64,000 bases of DNA from Octopus bimaculoides (taxonomy: Eukaryota), in NCBI RefSeq assembly GCF_001194135.2, contig NC_069005.1, forward strand, positions 1,102,478 to 1,166,477, given 5' to 3'. A program made the translations under genes and the position numbers. The notes beneath the pieces are model-generated. The model saw nothing but the letters and a program-made list of their open reading frames with translations. It did no database searches and had not been told where the DNA came from. How positions within the stretch are numbered: the stretch's first letter is position 1; each line of letters begins with the position of its first letter. This document shows positions 60,791 to 64,000 of this stretch, one piece after another.

Positions 60791-61145
60791 AGTGGCTGTG
60801 TGGTAAGTAGCTTGCTTACCAACTACATGGTTCTGGGTTCAGTCCCACTGTGTGGCACCCTGGGCAGATGTCTTCTACTATAGTTTTGGGTTGACCAAAG
60901 CCTTGCAAGTGGATTTAGTAGACAGAAACTGAAAGAAGCCCATTGTGTATATATATGTGTGTGTCCCCACCATTGCTTGACAACCGATGATGGTGTGTTT
61001 ACGCCCCCATAACTTATTGGTTCGGCAAAAGAGACCAATAGGATAAGTATTAAGCTTACAAAGAATAAGTTCTAGGGTTGATTTGTTCGACTAAAAGCGG
61101 TGCTCCAGCATGGCCACAGTCAAATGACTGAAACAAATAAAAGAG

Positions 61146-61147
<2 letters not shown>
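60791..61147 (+). mobile_element. Full-length tRNA-head SINE
   Basis: Same family as 43941-44313 and 44900-45293. Confidence 0.85.
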
Positions 61148-61191
<44 letters not shown>

Positions 61192-62059
61192 NNNNNNNNN
61201 NNNNNNNNNNNNNNNNNNNNNNNNNNNNNNNNNNNNNNNNNNNNNNNNNNNNNNNNNNNNNNNNNNNNNNNNNNNNNNNNNNNNNNNNNNNNNNNNNNNN
61301 NNNNNNNNNNNNNNNNNNNNNNNNNNNNNNNNNNNNNNNNNNNNNNNNNNNNNNNNNNNNNNNNNNNNNNNNNNNNNNNNNNNNNNNNNNNNNNNNNNNN
61401 NNNNNNNNNNNNNNNNNNNNNNNNNNNNNNNNNNNNNNNNNNNNNNNNNNNNNNNNNNNNNNNNNNNNNNNNNNNNNNNNNNNNNNNNNNNNNNNNNNNN
61501 NNNNNNNNNNNNNNNNNNNNNNNNNNNNNNNNNNNNNNNNNNNNNNNNNNNNNNNNNNNNNNNNNNNNNNNNNNNNNNNNNNNNNNNNNNNNNNNNNNNN
61601 NNNNNNNNNNNNNNNNNNNNNNNNNNNNNNNNNNNNNNNNNNNNNNNNNNNNNNNNNNNNNNNNNNNNNNNNNNNNNNNNNNNNNNNNNNNNNNNNNNNN
61701 NNNNNNNNNNNNNNNNNNNNNNNNNNNNNNNNNNNNNNNNNNNNNNNNNNNNNNNNNNNNNNNNNNNNNNNNNNNNNNNNNNNNNNNNNNNNNNNNNNNN
61801 NNNNNNNNNNNNNNNNNNNNNNNNNNNNNNNNNNNNNNNNNNNNNNNNNNNNNNNNNNNNNNNNNNNNNNNNNNNNNNNNNNNNNNNNNNNNNNNNNNNN
61901 NNNNNNNNNAAAAAAAAAAAAAAAAAAAAAAAAAAAACTTTTTATTTTGGTTAGCCTTTTGTTTCCATTTTGCAAAGAATTTATTCAGAATGATTTTGTG
62001 GATTCTGTAAAACTTAAATATTCTCCCATCCCAACCCACCACCTGGCAAAATTGAAGTC

Positions 62060-62240
62060 TGTATCGTCATCATCATCATCATTCAACGTCCGTTTTCCAT
62101 GCTGGCATGGGTTGGATGGTTTGAGAGGAGCTAGTAAGGCCAGGGGCTCCATTGTCTGTTTTCTACAGCTTGATGCCCTTCCTAACACCAACCACTTCAC
62201 AGCATGTACTGGATACTCTTTAAAATGGCACCAGCACCAG
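62060..62240 (-). mobile_element. Representative RTE-tail SINE-like repeat ending in (GAT)n
   Basis: CATCATCATTCAACGTCCGTTTTCCATGCTGGCATGGG...GATGCCCTTCCTAACACCAACCAC recurs at about 6060, 26450, 30010, 32460, 41670, 52620, 62480 and 63620. Confidence 0.75.
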
Positions 62241-64000
62241 TGCTTTGTATCTTCGTAAATATAGTTTGTAGAGAAACAATATTTGTAATCCTGCTCCATT
62301 CAAATCTTCCTATTAACACACAACCAAAGGCAAAAATAGCAAGAAGATCATTGCAATTAAGGCTTCTTCGAAAGAGACAGCAACTAATTTGAGTTGATTA
62401 AAAACCAGAGACTATGCTAAGTCCAGAGCCGAAGTAACTTGTTTTGCATTATTACTAAGCTACGTAGAGAAGGGAAACTGCCATCATCATCAGTTTAATG
62501 TCCACTTTACCATGCTTGCAGGGGTCAGATGGAATTTGCCGAGACAGATTTTCACTGACTGGATGCTCTTCCTGTCACCAATCCTCACCTCTTTCCAGAC
62601 ATGTTTTCAAGGGAGACGAAAGCAAGGGAAACTATTTGTATAATGGTGACATCCATTCATAATTATTAATTGTGATGTCAAGACAAGGAGACACAAACAC
62701 ACAAATATACATACATGATGGGCTTCTTTCAGTTTCTGTCACCAAATCCACTTATAAGGCTTTGGTGGGCCCAGGGCTATAGTAGAAAACACCTGCTCAA
62801 AGTACCATGCAGGAGAACTGAACGTGAAACCATGTGGTTGGAAAGCAAACTTTTTAACCGCATAACCATTGAATGCCAATGCTTGCCCCCTTCACTAAAA
62901 AGAAAGCTTTCTCAGTAAACAACGGCAGTTGCTAGATTTCAATGTGACACCAGAGACTGATGTGTTTTAGCCGCAGGTCAGCTCCAACCGAGCAGATTCA
63001 TGACATGCAGGTAAATTGGTTGAACGACAAAGTGCAACCCAAAGATCTGGTTTCAGACACACCACACCTTTGTCTAACCAAAGACTAAACAACCAGTTTC
63101 ATCATGCAGTGATGAATTTTTACTCTCTCTCTCCAGTGACTGGTTTGTACTGAAGCTAAATGATGCTGATGGGTATCTAAGAGAAATGGTGGTGGTGGTG
63201 GTGTAGAGCAATGAACACAGAGAACATGGAAGGTTGACAACAGATTATGTTAGAAACGAAGGGTTGGGTGTACTTTTGTACAGCATACACAGCCAGCCAT
63301 ACAAACGTATACAGTTGTCACACAAAATATATACTGCAGACAACTTTGGTCACATGATAGTGTACACAGAACAGTTAATATTTTCACTTTGATTTTTGTC
63401 TTCCTACTTGTTCTTTTTTTTACGAAGGCACATGGCCCAGTGGTTTAAGTGCTCAACTCATAACAATGACATAAGTTCAATTCCTGGACTGGGTGACACA
63501 CTGTGGCCCTGAGCAAGACATTTCACATTGCTTCTGCTTAACTGGAAACAAGTGGCAGCTTCGTGTTGGTGCAGCTCTCTCTCTCTCTCTTTCAATGGTT
63601 CAGAGTGTTTATAATCACATCAATCACATCATCGTCATCATTTAACATCCATTTTCCATGCTGGCATGGGTTGGATGGTTTAACTGAAAACTGGTAAGCT
63701 GCACCAAGTTCCAATCTGACTTACCATGGTTTCTATGGCCGGATGCCCTTCCAAACACCAGCCACTCAGCAGAGTGTAGTGGGTGTTTGTAAAATGATAT
63801 ATATACATACATACGTTTCTTTACATGTATATACACGTGTATATACAGATATATACATATGCATATATCTGTATATACACGTACACAGATATATACATCC
63901 ACACACATTAAAGAACCTTACACTCTCCCACAATATTTAGAAGGATTCTTTTTGTTCATTTTTTTTTCTTTTTGGTTTTAATTTTTAAAAGATTCTATCA

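Overview
Eukaryotic, AT-rich, repeat-dense genomic DNA from a gapped short-read assembly (nine N-gaps). The SINE, MITE and microsatellite families look like those of Octopus (inferred from recall, not searched). One protein-coding gene is firmly recognisable: Nup50 (nucleoporin 50/Npap60) on the minus strand. It has seven coding exons from 24094 down to 6864, every intron is GT-AG with matching phases, and the spliced CDS is 1266 nt (421 aa plus stop). The rest is intronic or intergenic. It holds many tRNA-head SINEs and RTE-tail SINE-like repeats, MITEs with TA, TTAA and 8-bp target duplications, and decayed maT/Tc1-mariner, RTE, R4/Dong, Hero and possibly L1/Tx1 elements. There is no CRISPR array, prokaryotic system or second identifiable protein. 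The best leads are possible alternative Nup50 N-termini (in-frame upstream exon candidates and a CpG-rich promoter-like island inside the first coding intron) and a ~150-nt near-perfect fold-back at 32.1 kb. All of these are hypotheses.
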